The translations under genes were made by a program, and so were the position numbers. A stretch of 64,000 nt of DNA from Chrysemys picta bellii. Taxonomy: Eukaryota. This document shows, piece after piece, positions 36,931 through 50,068 of this stretch; position 1 is the first letter of the stretch; the number at the start of each line of letters is the position of its first letter. The DNA is taken from assembly GCF_011386835.1 (NCBI RefSeq), contig NC_088793.1, positions 71,548,001 through 71,612,000 of the forward strand, written 5' to 3'. Under the pieces are notes generated by a model. It was not told the DNA's origin and ran no database searches. It saw only the letters and a program-made list of their open reading frames with translations.

Positions 36931-37637
36931 TTAGCGATTGGCTCTGAAGTAGGACTGAGTGGACTTATAGGGTCTAAAGTTTTACATTGTTTTGTTTTTG
37001 AGTGCAGTTATGTAACAAAAAAGTCTACATTTGTAAGTTGCACTTTCACGATAGACTGCACTACAGAACTTGTATGAGATAAACTGAAAAATATAATTTC
37101 AATTTCTTTTATCATTTTTACAGTGCAAATATTTGTAATAAAAATAAAGTGAGCACTGTACACTTTATATTCTGTATTGCAACTGAAAACAATATATTTG
37201 AAAATACAGAAAACCATCCAAACTATTTAATAAATTTCAATATTCTATTTTTTAACAGTGCGATTAAAACTAATTGATCATGATTGATTTTTTTAAATCA
37301 AGATTAATTTTTTGAGTTACTTGAGTGAGTTAACTGTGATTAATCGACAGCTCTAATTTTAAAATAAGTGTTTCTCCAGAAGACTTAACAAGTGACTTCT
37401 GAGCTTACACCTGTATTCAGAAATCAGCAGTTAACAACAGTGATAAGAGAAATATCCCCAGTATATTTTAGTAAATACTTATAATGTGGTATTTTTAATT
37501 AAATTGTATTTTTAAACAAAAATTGTATAACCAATAATTATAGTATACACAGACAGCACCATATATGTTGTGATTTTGAAAAGCACTCAGCATTGGCCTA
37601 ACTCTGCACTCACTAAAGTCTTCTGATTGAAGATTTA

Positions 37638-37956
37638 CAGTAGAACCTCAAAGTTACAAAACAGCAGAGTTATGAACTGACCAGTTGACCAGATACTTTA
37701 TTTGGAACAGGAAATGCACAATCAGGCAGGAGCAGACACAAAAATGCAAATACAGTTCTGTGTTAAATGTAAACTACTAAAAAAAAGGGAAAGCAGCATT
37801 TTTGTTCTGCATAGTAAATTTTCCAAGCTGTATTAACTCAATGTTCAGTTGTAAAGTTTTGAAAGAGCAACTATAACATTTTGTTCAGTTATGAACATTT
37901 CAGGAGTTACAAACAACCTCCATTCCCGAGGTGTTTGTAACTCTGAGGTTGTACTT
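37638..37956. mobile_element. TcMar/Tigger-like MITE
   Basis: TIR CAGTAGAACCTCAAAGTTACAAA/TTTGTAACTCTGAGGTTGTACTT, flanked by TA on both sides. Confidence 0.85.
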
Positions 37957-39000
37957 TAGCTCTATTTTTCCATTGTAATATAAACTGTGGATATATTTTC
38001 ATTATTCAAATACATGTCTACTTTTTTTTTTTTGATTCATACCAATCCCTTCCCTTGGTCTCAATGTCTTCTTGTAGCAATGAGTTCCACATGTCACTTA
38101 CATACTGTTTATAAAGCATTTCCTTTCATCAATTTTAAATTTGCTGACTGAAGCTTTCACTGAATGTGTACTATGAGAAAAGAAATAGGAGCTCTCTGAT
38201 TTATCTTCTTAGTATCACTTCTGATTTGGTATACCTCTCATGTTACCTTATTCCTCTCCTCCCTAAACTAAGAAATCCCAATCTCTCATTGGTTCTGAAA
38301 GGAAAAAAAAGACAAGACACTAGTGTGCCTCCATGCTTAGCTATGTATATGATGTATTTTGTCTTCCCCTTGCCCCCCCGAAGGAAGTCTCCTTTTGCTC
38401 TTAATTTCACCTTGACTTTCTCATCTTCTCTCTTTTTCTGCTCCCCTGCACATGCTGCTTTGCTCCTGCTCCTTCTACTCCTTCCCCGCTACCATGGTCA
38501 TGCTAGCTAGCCGGCTGGCTGCCATTGTACTCTACTCTCCCACCACCCGCACTCGTATACCTTCTTGAGGAATCTCTTGGCTCTTCTCTCAGTGGTGGCC
38601 AACAACCCTGAAGGGGGCAACTGTTTACATTCCTTTCTACCTCCCCTTTGCACCACTAGGTCCTATGGAGACACCTAGACATGCTCCTTATTTCTATCTG
38701 CTTTTACAGATAAGCCTCACCACTAAAGAATTTTTTTGTAAAAGCAGCTGTAAATGGGGAGTCAGCATCATATGTTCTCCATGGACCATCAGTAAGTGCA
38801 GAGTGGACCATAGATTTAGAGATGCTGATGAACTACATTATCCTTGGGGTTACTTACTTACCGCCCTTTATTGAATAGAAAAGCTTATTGTTATGAAAAA
38901 AACCTCCTGTATTTTAGAGCAGTGTGGTTTTAATATAGTGATTTTATCCATCTAATGGCAATTTCATCATTGAGGCACAAGATTTTTTTCACTTGCTTAC

Positions 39001-39152
39001 CGACTGCTTCGCTGAATTTTTCATTTGCTGTGCCAGTTTTGATTCTAAGCGTTTAATGGTATCATTGGTAGCAGTTCCTTGAAAGTCACTTGGTTCCATG
39101 TTAGCATCACTCTTGTTGCTGGTGTTTGTAGAAGTCATGTCCATGAACGAGC
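39001..39152 (-). CDS. MAP3K7: TAK1 exon 10 (152 nt): [50 protein letters not shown]
   Basis: Acceptor atag|GC, donor TCG|gtaagc. Phase is consistent with both neighbours. Confidence 0.95.
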
Positions 39153-40493
39153 CTATTTAAAAGCCCGCCCCCCAAAATAAACATTTTTTCTATTTAAATC
39201 ACTTCTTTGAAAACATTAAATCAAACTGAAATTCTTTAGCTACCCATTCTTATTTCCCCAATACCAACCTTATAATTTTAAAGTACATTTTTAAAACATT
39301 TGATAAAGGAAACTGCAGCACTGCAGTTTAAAAAACCAAAACCAAAACCAACCTCTTAAGAATATAGCTCAAAAGCAAAAAATTCATAACAAAATATTTT
39401 TCCTTGCTTGAACAGCAAGTTTACCCTGATCTTGAAGTCAAGCTTTAGCTATTAATCTCAAATCATTAACAAAAATCTTGGATTATGAACACGATTGGTA
39501 GTTTTTCTCCTAAAATCCATCATGAAACTTACTGTATAATGAAAATTTAAGTATGCTTATCCTATAAATATAACACTGATTTACAAATTGCAAGTAATAG
39601 ATTTAAAACTTTATTTTCTTAAGTATGTTAAGTATGCTAAATATGTTTCATGTAGTCTGGCTAGAGAAGACCATCAAGTATATAACAGAGTTGATGGGAT
39701 TTTGCAATAAAATGTACAGGTGAATTCAAAAGTACCTTATGTCCAAAATATTCTGTGTGCAAGAGAGAAATTTAGAGTTTGGGGCAGAGAGAAGAAGGCG
39801 GGTATGGACCACTGTAGTTGTTAAGTTACAAGAACCCAAGGGAATGAGGAAAACAGGGCAAAATTTCAGAAAGGGAGCATTTACATTTTTTTCCCCCATG
39901 CAAAATGCTGTGGGTCTGAATGATCACCAGTTTTGTGCACCAGGAAAGAATTTCTCTCAAGACAAGTTTGGTAGAATGTCTGGTGGGTATTTTTACCTTC
40001 CTCATGGCACCCTGAGGGCCCCTTTTTTAGGTTAATAGGAGGTAAAGAAAAGTTGTAAATTTAATCAGTGGAATCTGTAATTTCATCAAAATTTGATGAG
40101 GGTGTGTCCAGTGCAGAAGAGAGGCTCAAAGGGACCAGCTGAGAGGGGCAAACATGAGTAAGATCTGAGAGATGGCTATTGGACCCTAATAACCTGCAGG
40201 AAAAAAGGGAGACCCTAAGTCTTTGCAGACTGAATTTTCCTTCATGTTACCACCCTCATTCTCCATTGTGGGAGGAGGGCAAAGGGATTCAGAGATTGGC
40301 TGAACCCTAGGGATTAGGCTGAAGGAAGGAAGACTTGAATATTTGTTATGAGGCCCTTTACCACAGCATTGAACCAGGCATTTAGGCAGGGGTTTCAGGC
40401 TGCACTTTATAATACATTCCTGGATCTGTTTCATTTCCCTGCTTACCCTGTTTAAAAAGTGTGGGTTTTATTCTTATATTTATACAATCATAC

Positions 40494-40575
40494 CTGTACT
40501 AGTGGCAGAGTTGCTCTGGCCTTCATCTGAATACTGACAAGGATACTGCAGAGGTTCATCAGCTCCTGGAAAGTA
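40494..40575 (-). CDS. MAP3K7: TAK1 exon 9 (82 nt): [27 protein letters not shown](G)
   Basis: Acceptor acag|TAC, donor CAG|gtatga. The peptide is visible in ORF 40480..40749. Confidence 0.97.
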
Positions 40576-41520
40576 CTGTGTAGAGAGTAAATTGTTATGT
40601 ATTAACATAATTAATGCTTTCAAAGTACATAAAGCAGCAATAGAGGTAGCATACACCTCAACAGATCCTAGTTCTTTGAATAAATGCAGAGGGAAAAAAA
40701 AAGAATTTGAGAATGCTATGCTGTTTAACTGCAGAACCATCTGCAACAACTCAAGTCTTGCTTTTTCAGTAACACTCCTTCCTCACACCTCCCAAAAACA
40801 AAGCACACAAACCTATTTTTATTAAGTGCCTTCAGACAGATTTGTTATGTATTTTAAGAAAAATGCAGCATAATGGAAGCCACTTACAATAGCGTAAATC
40901 AGGCAAGGTACAGTTTAATTCAGCATAAGGATGGGATGATACACATTCTGTTCTAGTGGATATTAGGGAGTTTTGTCAGGGAAAGTAAGTTAGCAGTTAA
41001 GAAGAGAGCGGATGGAAAATGGAACCACATATTGAGAATAAACCCTCTATGGCTTAATGGCACAAGCCATTCAAACACTCTTTGTTTAGCTTATTTAGAC
41101 ACCTGGTAGTGCTCACTACCTAAAAAATGGCTAAATTTCTGTGAACTTGATCACCAATATGACTAATACAAACAAATCTGTTGGGGATAATAATAGAAAT
41201 TTTAAAATAGTTTTTATTTGCAATTATTTTTGTTCACTTGCATTCAGCGTAAAGATATTCAGATTGGCACATGTCTGAATAATACATGTGCTACCTCTAT
41301 GAAGAACATTTTGTTTGGTTTAGCTAATGTATTTTGATTGATTTGTATTTCTGAAATTTAGCAAAACAAATAAATACTGTTATTCTTCAGGATCAGATTT
41401 CTGAAGGAAATTAAGTTGAATTAGCAGTGATACTGATGAAGATAGGTAATACACCCTTAGATAGAATCTGTTCCTGAAGTTTGCAAAGTTACCATGCAAG
41501 TGCCTATTTTTTCCTTAAAG

Positions 41521-41705
41521 CAGTGGTCTAAAAGTGGGGTGCGGCAGGAAGAGCACTTTTCGGGGGAAGGGGTGCTTTGGCAGTCCGAGCGGCTTTTTTT
41601 TTTTTTTTTTCCAGCAAAAATGGTAGAGCCGGCACGGCAGGGGGTGCATGTTCAAAAATTTTTTACTGATAGGGGTGCGCGATCAAAAACGCTTGGAGAC
41701 CACTG
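41521..41705. mobile_element. hAT (Charlie-like) MITE (185 bp)
   Basis: TIR CAGTGGTCT/AGACCACTG and perfect 8-bp TSD CCTTAAAG. Confidence 0.93.
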
Positions 41706-42072
41706 CCTTAAAGGAGCCAATGAAGGTCCTGAAACTACAGAGCATTATCAACATCTCAATGCTCATAAAAATGGCATAGAAACTAAAATAGTAAAATACT
41801 TGAGTAACTATAACTTTGTAAGGTCAAACCAGAACATCTGCAAAAAACCTCACATGATCCTACAGCCTGTAACAGTTTTTAAGAGTCTTTTCAGCAAGTC
41901 GTGTGGTATAAGCGTTGAGGAAAAATCTTTAGGGACTGGAGATACAACTTAGAACAACAGATACAACACTGGGCTCATGGAAGGCAGACCTTCAAAAGCC
42001 AATACTACAACATAACCCGTTTAAATAATTTACAGATTAAATAAAAAAAAAAAAAAAAAAAAAAAAAAGCTA

Positions 42073-42234
<162 letters not shown>

Positions 42235-42679
42235 TTATATATCAAACTATTCTTGAAAATTCTGTCATTGCCTGAATTTTGTAAACAACTTATTTTGCTA
42301 TTTAAACAAACTCATTAAAGATGCATGGTAACTATCTATTGTCTGGAGAAAACCAACCTCCATTTAATAATAATAAAAAAAAGAAGTCACCAATCATTTA
42401 TTCTATTTTTTCTTATTTGTTTATATTACATACTCATTAGAAAATTACATCTAGGTAAGCATAAGTAAAGAGAGTCGTCTTTCAATAATGCTCCGAATGC
42501 ACTATATGTCTGGTCAGTTTATGAATATATTTAAACGACAAGAGGAAAACAGAAAAAATAGAAACAGCAGCACTTTAGATAGTGTTTTCCTCACCTAGCT
42601 TCCCCTGCAGACAGAGTGGAAAATTTAACAACAGTGCTTTACATCTTCAAACTAATATTTATATTATCGTTGCACCTAG

Positions 42680-42960
42680 GAGTCTCAAGTCATGGACCAG
42701 GATTCCATTGTGCTAGGTGATGTCCAAACACAGAACAGATAGTCCCTGACCCAAAGAACTTCGTCTAAAACAAGAGACAATAGATCGATACAGAGAGTTG
42801 GGAAGATACAGGGAAACAATGAGACAATACTGGTCATCATGATAGCCAGTGATTTCAGTACAACAGTAGTCTAGCTGTTGTCAGGTTTTTTTATAGGTCT
42901 CACAGAAAAGCAGAGTTTTAAGGAGAAAAATGAGTTAGCTTAGTGGATCTCTACAGGGAA
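42680..42960 (-). mobile_element. L2-like LINE 3' fragment
   Basis: CCATTGTGCTAGGTGATGTCCAAACAC...AGTCCCTGACCCAAAGAACTT resembles reptile L2 tails as recalled. Confidence 0.5.
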
Positions 42961-43473
42961 TGTCTCCTAGATAAATGGCTGGTTTTTCAGAAGTGATGAG
43001 CAACAAGATCTCCTAGTAACGTAATCAAATAAGCATTTTTGAAAAACCAAGCCAGTTATTTAGCACTTAGGACACAAACTTTGGGTGTTCTGGTTTGAAA
43101 ATCTTAGCTAGCGTTACATTCAACTTCAATTTTGGCCGTTTTATTTTTTGGAGACAGGTGATCTGTATCTCACTCACTGCTCACTCAGGATGAACGGAAT
43201 ACTTCACTATCACAACAAAAATAAATTGATGGTTGTTCTCCCTATTAATTCATACATCATAATTATATGTAGCACTGTCAGTAAGCACAGTCTAACAGAC
43301 AAGAAAGAGAACCAAAAATGAACTTGGTCAGAAACAAGAGTGCTTAAGTATTAATTATTAATGACAACACAATCTACAGTGAGATATCAAACTGCCACCT
43401 ACTGAATAATGAATAATTTTGCAAAGATGAAATAATTAATAGTGTTACATGTCAAATATACAATTTAACTTTA

Positions 43474-43650
<177 letters not shown>

Positions 43651-45696
43651 TCATCAATATAATTTGTCTTTCCTACATGATATGTGCCTACAAGTTTAGA
43701 GAACTAGCTATGTATGACTCAGTTTTCCTTCAGAGTAGAATATCTTTTTGTTTTTCACAGACAGAAAACAGCAGTCATAAGTCCATTCGACACCAATTTT
43801 TTTAAAACTTCTAATTTACCCAGAGTAAATCTGAAAAAAACATTTATAGAAAACATTTGTGTCAAGGTTTTAAAAACCCTTTTGCTATTATTGCCAATAT
43901 GTTTAACTAAGAGCTCTCTTTTTTGCAAACTAGTTCCTTCATAAAACTTATAAAACACATAATGCTTAGGACAGTCTTGTTCTGAAATATCAAATGTGAT
44001 TTTACTATGATCATCACTCTCTCAAATTCAGCAGTCAAAATGACAATGAAATAATATCTGTGCCTCCTTTAAATCTTTCTCCTAAATTCACTTCTTCCAT
44101 GATGGCCACAGTAAATTGGTCATCATTCACCATCTTCTATCATTTTTATATTTAAAAACAAGATGTCCTTAAAAGAACCAGCAAGATGTTCCCTTGCCTA
44201 TACTAAGTAACCATGTGATATCACTGTATCTCTGTTTTCATCACCACAATGCCTCCCTGTTTATTATCCTCACTCATTTTGTCGTGCCTAAAGTTTAGTT
44301 TCAAGTTCTTTGGGGCTGGGATTGAGCCTTTCTAGGTGTCTCATGAAGCATACAGCAGATGTTGGGTAATATAAAATAATGAATAATAATAAAGCTCAGA
44401 GAGGGAGACGAGAGACTACAAAAGGATAAATACTTTGTTAATTAGAGAAACCCATGAATGTCTTAAATAGACATGAATGATAAACAAATTCAAGATATAA
44501 AGTACATAAATAACAGTCAGCACTATGAATTTATCCTTTCTGGTCAATATCTGAAACAAGAATGACATTAACTACGTAATAAAGAGTCTGTTCTGTTTTC
44601 TCAGGAAACATATGGAAAAACAATCTAATAATTTAAAGAGACAATTCCTATATAAAGAAATTCTGTATAGAAGACACCATGTGACATAGGATAGTGAGAT
44701 ATACATGCTGCACTACAGCTTGCACAACTATTTTACTACTGGAGACATTTACATTTACTTTAGAATGACATTTATTCTTCAAAATAATAAAAAGGCAGGT
44801 ATATAAAACTCTAGGAGCCTGGACACACATTTAATATTGCAATAAAACCCCAGCAGCATTGAAGTAATTATTTCACAAGGAATTCTGACAGACTGCCATT
44901 TACAAAATAAAAACCTCTTTCTACTCTTATCATTCTGATAAGAATACCTTCAGTTTTCTCCAAAGACCTATCAAACAGATATGAGAAAATTTAGATATTG
45001 TTGAGTTAGATGTAGATTGGCTTACGTTTTGTTCTGATTTTATTGTTGATATCTGAGGTAGTAATTAATGCATATAAATTGTTAAAAATTAAAAATTTTA
45101 ACATTGGTTTAATAAAGTTGAATGACCATTGTATTTCAATATATTAATTTGAAATTTTACATTCCACCATTTTCAGACATAAGGTATTCAATCATTTTGT
45201 GTAATGTGTTTCAATGGTGCCAATACAAATTTTGGGAAACAAAAATATATAAAAATTGCTGTATAAAAGGCTTGCTGCAGTACTAAAAGCAGGAAATTTA
45301 GAACTGAAATTTTACATGTTCCTACTTAGTTGAATTTATGGACTGGAGAGTCACTAAGAAGTGGATGACTTAGCATTTGCACTGGAATTCCTAGTAACAG
45401 CAAGGCTTTTAAATGTAGCCCTTAATCCAATTTAAAAATCAGGATTTTCTTTGGGGTTATTTTTCTTTTTTAAAATCAGATCTTCAACTTTTTTTTTTTA
45501 AAAAAAAAAGGAAAAGAAACTAACTTCTAGTGGTAAATGAACGCTAAGAATAAGTTTTGGCCAATATCTGAAGTGAACAAGGAGGTATGCCCAGGGCAGA
45601 TTCTGGTAAACTGATACCTGTAGCACAGAAACGGACATAAAATTGCCAGTTTTAGGAGAGAGATTAAGGACTGAATGACTATGGTGATTTAACTAG

Positions 45697-45980
45697 AGGC
45701 CTAATCTATACTTAAAATTTAGGTTGACATAGCTACATTGGTCAGGGGTGTTAAACTGATCCCGGACCAATGTAGCTTTGTTGACCTAACCCCAAGTGCA
45801 GATACAGATGGGTCAATGGAAGCAGTCCTCCATCAGCATAAGTACCCGCAGGTGGTGCTTCTGCGCCAATGGAAACACCCCTTTCCATCAGTGTAGGTTA
45901 TGCCTACACTTCAGGGTTATGCTGGCATAGCTATGGTGATGTCAGTATGCCACATTAGTCTCAGTAGCATAGACATACTC
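45697..45980. mobile_element. PIF/Harbinger-type MITE, old
   Basis: Ends GGCCTAATCTATACT ... AGCATAGACATACTC, with TAG/TAA flanks. Confidence 0.6.
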
Positions 45981-47057
45981 TAAAATGTTCATGCTCAGAA
46001 GTCCAGAACATCTGACCAGAGTCTATGGATATTGTTGTGGAGAAGCTTTAAAGGCAGGTGGTTGTCTGTGCTTTTTTCAGGTGGCTACCCAGACTTTCTT
46101 TTTACAGTATTATCAATTTGATACTTTTCTGGAAAACTTAATTCACTATTAAGACCTCTAGGGAAAAAACAAAACATACACAAAAAACCTGCTCTAACCA
46201 TCCACAATTAAACTTTTAATGAAACTTTTACTCACTCACCGGGGGGCAAAATCAGCACCAGTTAATCACTGGTCTGAATGTGGTCTGATGTGCATAATGA
46301 TCGAGCTATTCCCCTTTTAACCACACAGTAATTACACAAATCCTTGTGATTTTATTGTATACCATCATTGGGCTTCCCCACCATATGCCAACAAATCGCT
46401 TTTGATTCGTCTCCCCACTTAAATATTAAATACAAATTATTTTTTTAAAATTAATTATTTATAGGGTGAGAGGAGAAGAAGAGGTGAACTAAACTTCAAG
46501 GGATAAGGAAGAGAAGGAAGATATAGAGAAAAATGGGGATAGGTGGAGTTACAAGGTAGGGAGGGATCAAAAATGGAGGTGGCTATGCTTGTTTGACAAT
46601 ATACGTGGCGAATTCTGAAGACCACAGCGAATCAGAATATGGGGTGAAAGGAATGACAACATATTTCAGTGTAATAAGAATTTGGGATTATTTTGTAATC
46701 TCAGAAACAACAATATCCCAGGATGGTAACTCCAAACAAGATGCATAATTTACTGTTACAGTCTATTTGGTTTTGCCATTTGTGAACTCCCAAGTATCAA
46801 GCTTTTCCCCATTTGTGTGAATTCCTTTCCTGAAGATACTTGTACAGCAGTCTTTGTCCCTAGTTTTTAAATGTAAATTAAATACCCCCCCCCCAAGTTA
46901 TTTTTAATCTTTAAAATTTATTTCTATATTTTATAATGCAATTTAACAGAAACTATGCATGTAAATGATGCTCTCACAACTGATTTCTTATATCAATAAT
47001 TCAAAATAATGTCCTTAAGTAGAGGAATACATGTCAAACTGTACATTATTTTGTTAC

Positions 47058-47182
47058 CTTCAAAAACTTCAGGTGCCATCCAGGCAGCACTTCCCTTATT
47101 GTTGGTCATGTGTGTTTGAATATCACAGGCTGTACCAAAGTCACAGATTTTTAGAACTGTCCCCCCAGCTACCAACAGCAAG
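47058..47182 (-). CDS. MAP3K7: TAK1 exon 6 (125 nt): [41 protein letters not shown](G)
   Basis: Acceptor acag|CTT, donor AAG|gtaaca. Contains DFG, the activation loop and APE. Confidence 0.98.
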
Positions 47183-48057
47183 CTGTCAAGAAAATCCCAA
47201 AACATTTTTTTTATAGAATTCAGTTGTCTTGGTACAATAATAAAACATTACTATTTTATTCCAACAACTTTCACTTGAGGCCTTGCTTCACAGTACAGTA
47301 TAGTAACATGGCAAAACTTGTTCATCTAAGTATAAATATATTCTTAAAAATTACTATAGTAAATCAGTAGGCTGTGACTTGCTAATTATGATAAACTGCA
47401 GAATTTTAATTTTTAATCTTTATAGCTCTATTTGAAATATGTTTAAATAGAAAGTTTCTTTGGAATAATTATTTCAATCCACTAAGCACCCAATGGAGAC
47501 AAAATTAGCCATTTATATGCCGATTTACAAACATTTTATATAGGCTCTGCAGACAGGAGGCCAGCCATCATGGCTGCTATCTTGCCAGAAGGGGAATGAT
47601 CAGGACTCCCATTAGGGCCAGCCAATGCTGCTTTTTCTTCAAATGGAAGGATTACCTATGGATGAGCGTTGGGGAAGGAAAAAGGCACTGGAGCATCAAA
47701 TGCAGGTTCTCCTGCAAAACAATGCAGGCCACTTGAAGTAGACCTCAACGCCTTTTTAATTTCCCCATTCAGGTAACCAAGTCCCTACTAAAAACCCACT
47801 TCCATGATATGGGGCAAGAACAGGCTCTATGTCTGCATAACATGCAGTACTGAAAACACGATTCGTGGTACACAAAACAATCAGCGTGTCTTGATTTTAT
47901 AACAAATTTAAAACCCACATAGCGCAATTACTTTATATCTAATAAATAAAAGGTATCAATTAAAGTTTTCCTCCAAATCCACTGGAAGTAACAGGATAAA
48001 GAGAAATCCCAAGTTGCAATTTTAAGAAAAAAAGGTTTAACTCTGACTGGAAACCTA

Positions 48058-48300
<243 letters not shown>

Positions 48301-48780
48301 TTATTTACACACATTCTTTAGCGTTGCTGTTGACATCTCTTTTTATATTGTTGAACTTTATATATCACTATTAATGGAAGTTACCTGAATAGTGATTTCC
48401 GAAGTTTTTAAAATGGTACTTAGTTCATTAGCAAATATTTATACACACAAATTCTGCCACTTCATTGCTAGTTATAAAATAAAGTCACTCATTTTCAGCT
48501 GTATCTGGTGTGGTCGGTATTAAATGATCACTCAAGAAATTGACAAGAAGCTGGAGGTGGTCACTTAAAGTCAGAGATTTTTACAGGGAAAAATGAAAGG
48601 AGTCACAAAATTTAAACCATTTATTTGCTATCAAAAAATTACATGATTAAAAAGTGTTTTTAAACTATTCTGGTTGTAAAATGCTCTTTAAAACAAACAT
48701 TAAGCCCATTTTATATTTTTAAGAAAAGGTTCTCCTAACACTAACACTGCAGGGAGACATCATGTTTAAATGATACTCAC

Positions 48781-48826
48781 CATTGTACAGAGAACCTCCT
48801 TCAGCATACTCCATAACAAGACACAC
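48781..48826 (-). CDS. MAP3K7: TAK1 exon 4 (46 nt): VCLVMEYAEGGSLYN
   Basis: Acceptor aaag|GTG, donor ATG|gtgagt. The peptide is visible in ORF 48719..49021. Confidence 0.97.
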
Positions 48827-49326
48827 CTTTGGGGGAGGGGACAAAAAATAGGGATGTTTTAAAGTGCAGTGTAGGGGCAGATAATAGGTTTTGTAATTTG
48901 AAAAGAAAGTTCTTTGAGAGGAACGGCAAAGTGTCCATAATTGATACATTGATCTATCAGATGCAGAATTAAATTGATGCTTAGATCCTATTAAAGGGTA
49001 GCAAAGAGGAGAATGCATCACTGTATACCCCCTTAAGGCTTCAGATTACAGTTATAATGGATTTACTATAAGAGTGGATTAGAAGAGATTAACTAAAATT
49101 GCCAATTTTTATTAAACCAGAATAAATTATTATTTTAACCAATTTAATATCCCAGGCCACTAATAATATAGGTCTACATTAGCCTACCATGTTGTGAGTT
49201 CAAGCTTTCATATTTGTCCTGCTACAGTACTCGCTGCATCACCTGAGGCATTTGTAGAGTTATCAGCTGTTGCAGGGCAAAAACAGAATCCTGACCTTGG
49301 CAGGTAAGGTATATATACATACACCC

Positions 49327-49728
49327 CAGGGCCACCCGTGGGGGGGGGGGGGGGGAAGAGAGAGAGAGAGGGAGGAGAGAAGTGCAATCCCTGGCCTGGT
49401 GGCGGTCTGGGTGTTCGGCAGCTGGGGGCCCTTCAGTGCTGCCGAAGACGCGGAGCGACTGAAGGGCCCCCCGCCGCCAAAATGTCCCACGAGCCCTCGC
49501 CCGGCGGTGGTCCGGGTCTTCAACAGCATTTCAGCGGTGGGGGGTCCCCTTCAGTCGCTCCAGGACTTCAGCAGTGGGGGGCCATTCAGTGCTGTCGAAG
49601 ATGCGGAGCGACTGAAGGGCCCCCCGCTGCCGAAATGCCACCGAAGATCCAGACCGTCACTGGAGGAGTACAAACGCCGCAGCTCCCCTGCTTTGCCCCA
49701 GGCCCCCTGAATTCTCTGGGCGGCCCTG
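49327..49728. mobile_element. hAT-type MITE (402 bp), CpG-rich
   Basis: TIR CAGGGCCACCC/GGGCGGCCCTG, with internal direct and inverted copies of a ~45-bp motif. The TSD is ambiguous because it lies in an AT/AC microsatellite. Confidence 0.8.
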
Positions 49729-50002
49729 ATATATACCACACTAATTTCTTTGCAATCAAAAAAAAAATCAGTATAGGGAGAGCAAATGGACAAGATGAAG
49801 TGTGAATAGGTTTTTGGAGGCTACACTTTGCTTCAAGTAAAAAATTAATGTTTAGAAAAATCAACCCATTAATAAGAAAACCAGCAACCATTTTAGAGAC
49901 ACAATACTAAGGTGGGTATATTGGCTGAATGTATTTCTTGCATTATTGCTCGATTATAGTGAGCGTTATTGGGGTGACAAAAGCTGGAGGATTACAACTT
50001 AC

Positions 50003-50068
50003 TGGATTCAGACAGGCTCCATATAACTTGACAATATTAGGATGGTTCACACGTGACAACTGTCGAAG
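50003..50068 (-). CDS. MAP3K7: TAK1 exon 3 (66 nt): [22 protein letters not shown]
   Basis: Acceptor gcag|CTT, donor CCA|gtaagt. Confidence 0.97.

Larger units (their letters stand above)
33650..37355. mobile_element. Fold-back hAT element with transposase C-terminus (hATC dimerisation domain) in both arms; hosts nested CR1 and Harbinger insertions
   Basis: Ends TAGGGCTGGCAAG ... TCGACAGCTCTA, with 8-bp TSD ATTTTCAA/ATTTTAAA (7/8). Peptide ALNPRFKNL...CPLVWWLKH in ORF 35961..36323. The arms are reverse-complementary. Confidence 0.88.

Noticed and set aside
38340-38720. Purine-rich minus-strand block resembling a processed pseudogene
   Set aside because: No recognisable peptide, poly(A) tail or TSD was found. 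It is probably an unrecognised old repeat.
49263-49891. Overlapping 80-155 aa ORFs on both strands
   Set aside because: They arise from the stop-poor GC-rich MITE. The repeated peptides mirror its DNA repeats, and there is no splice context.
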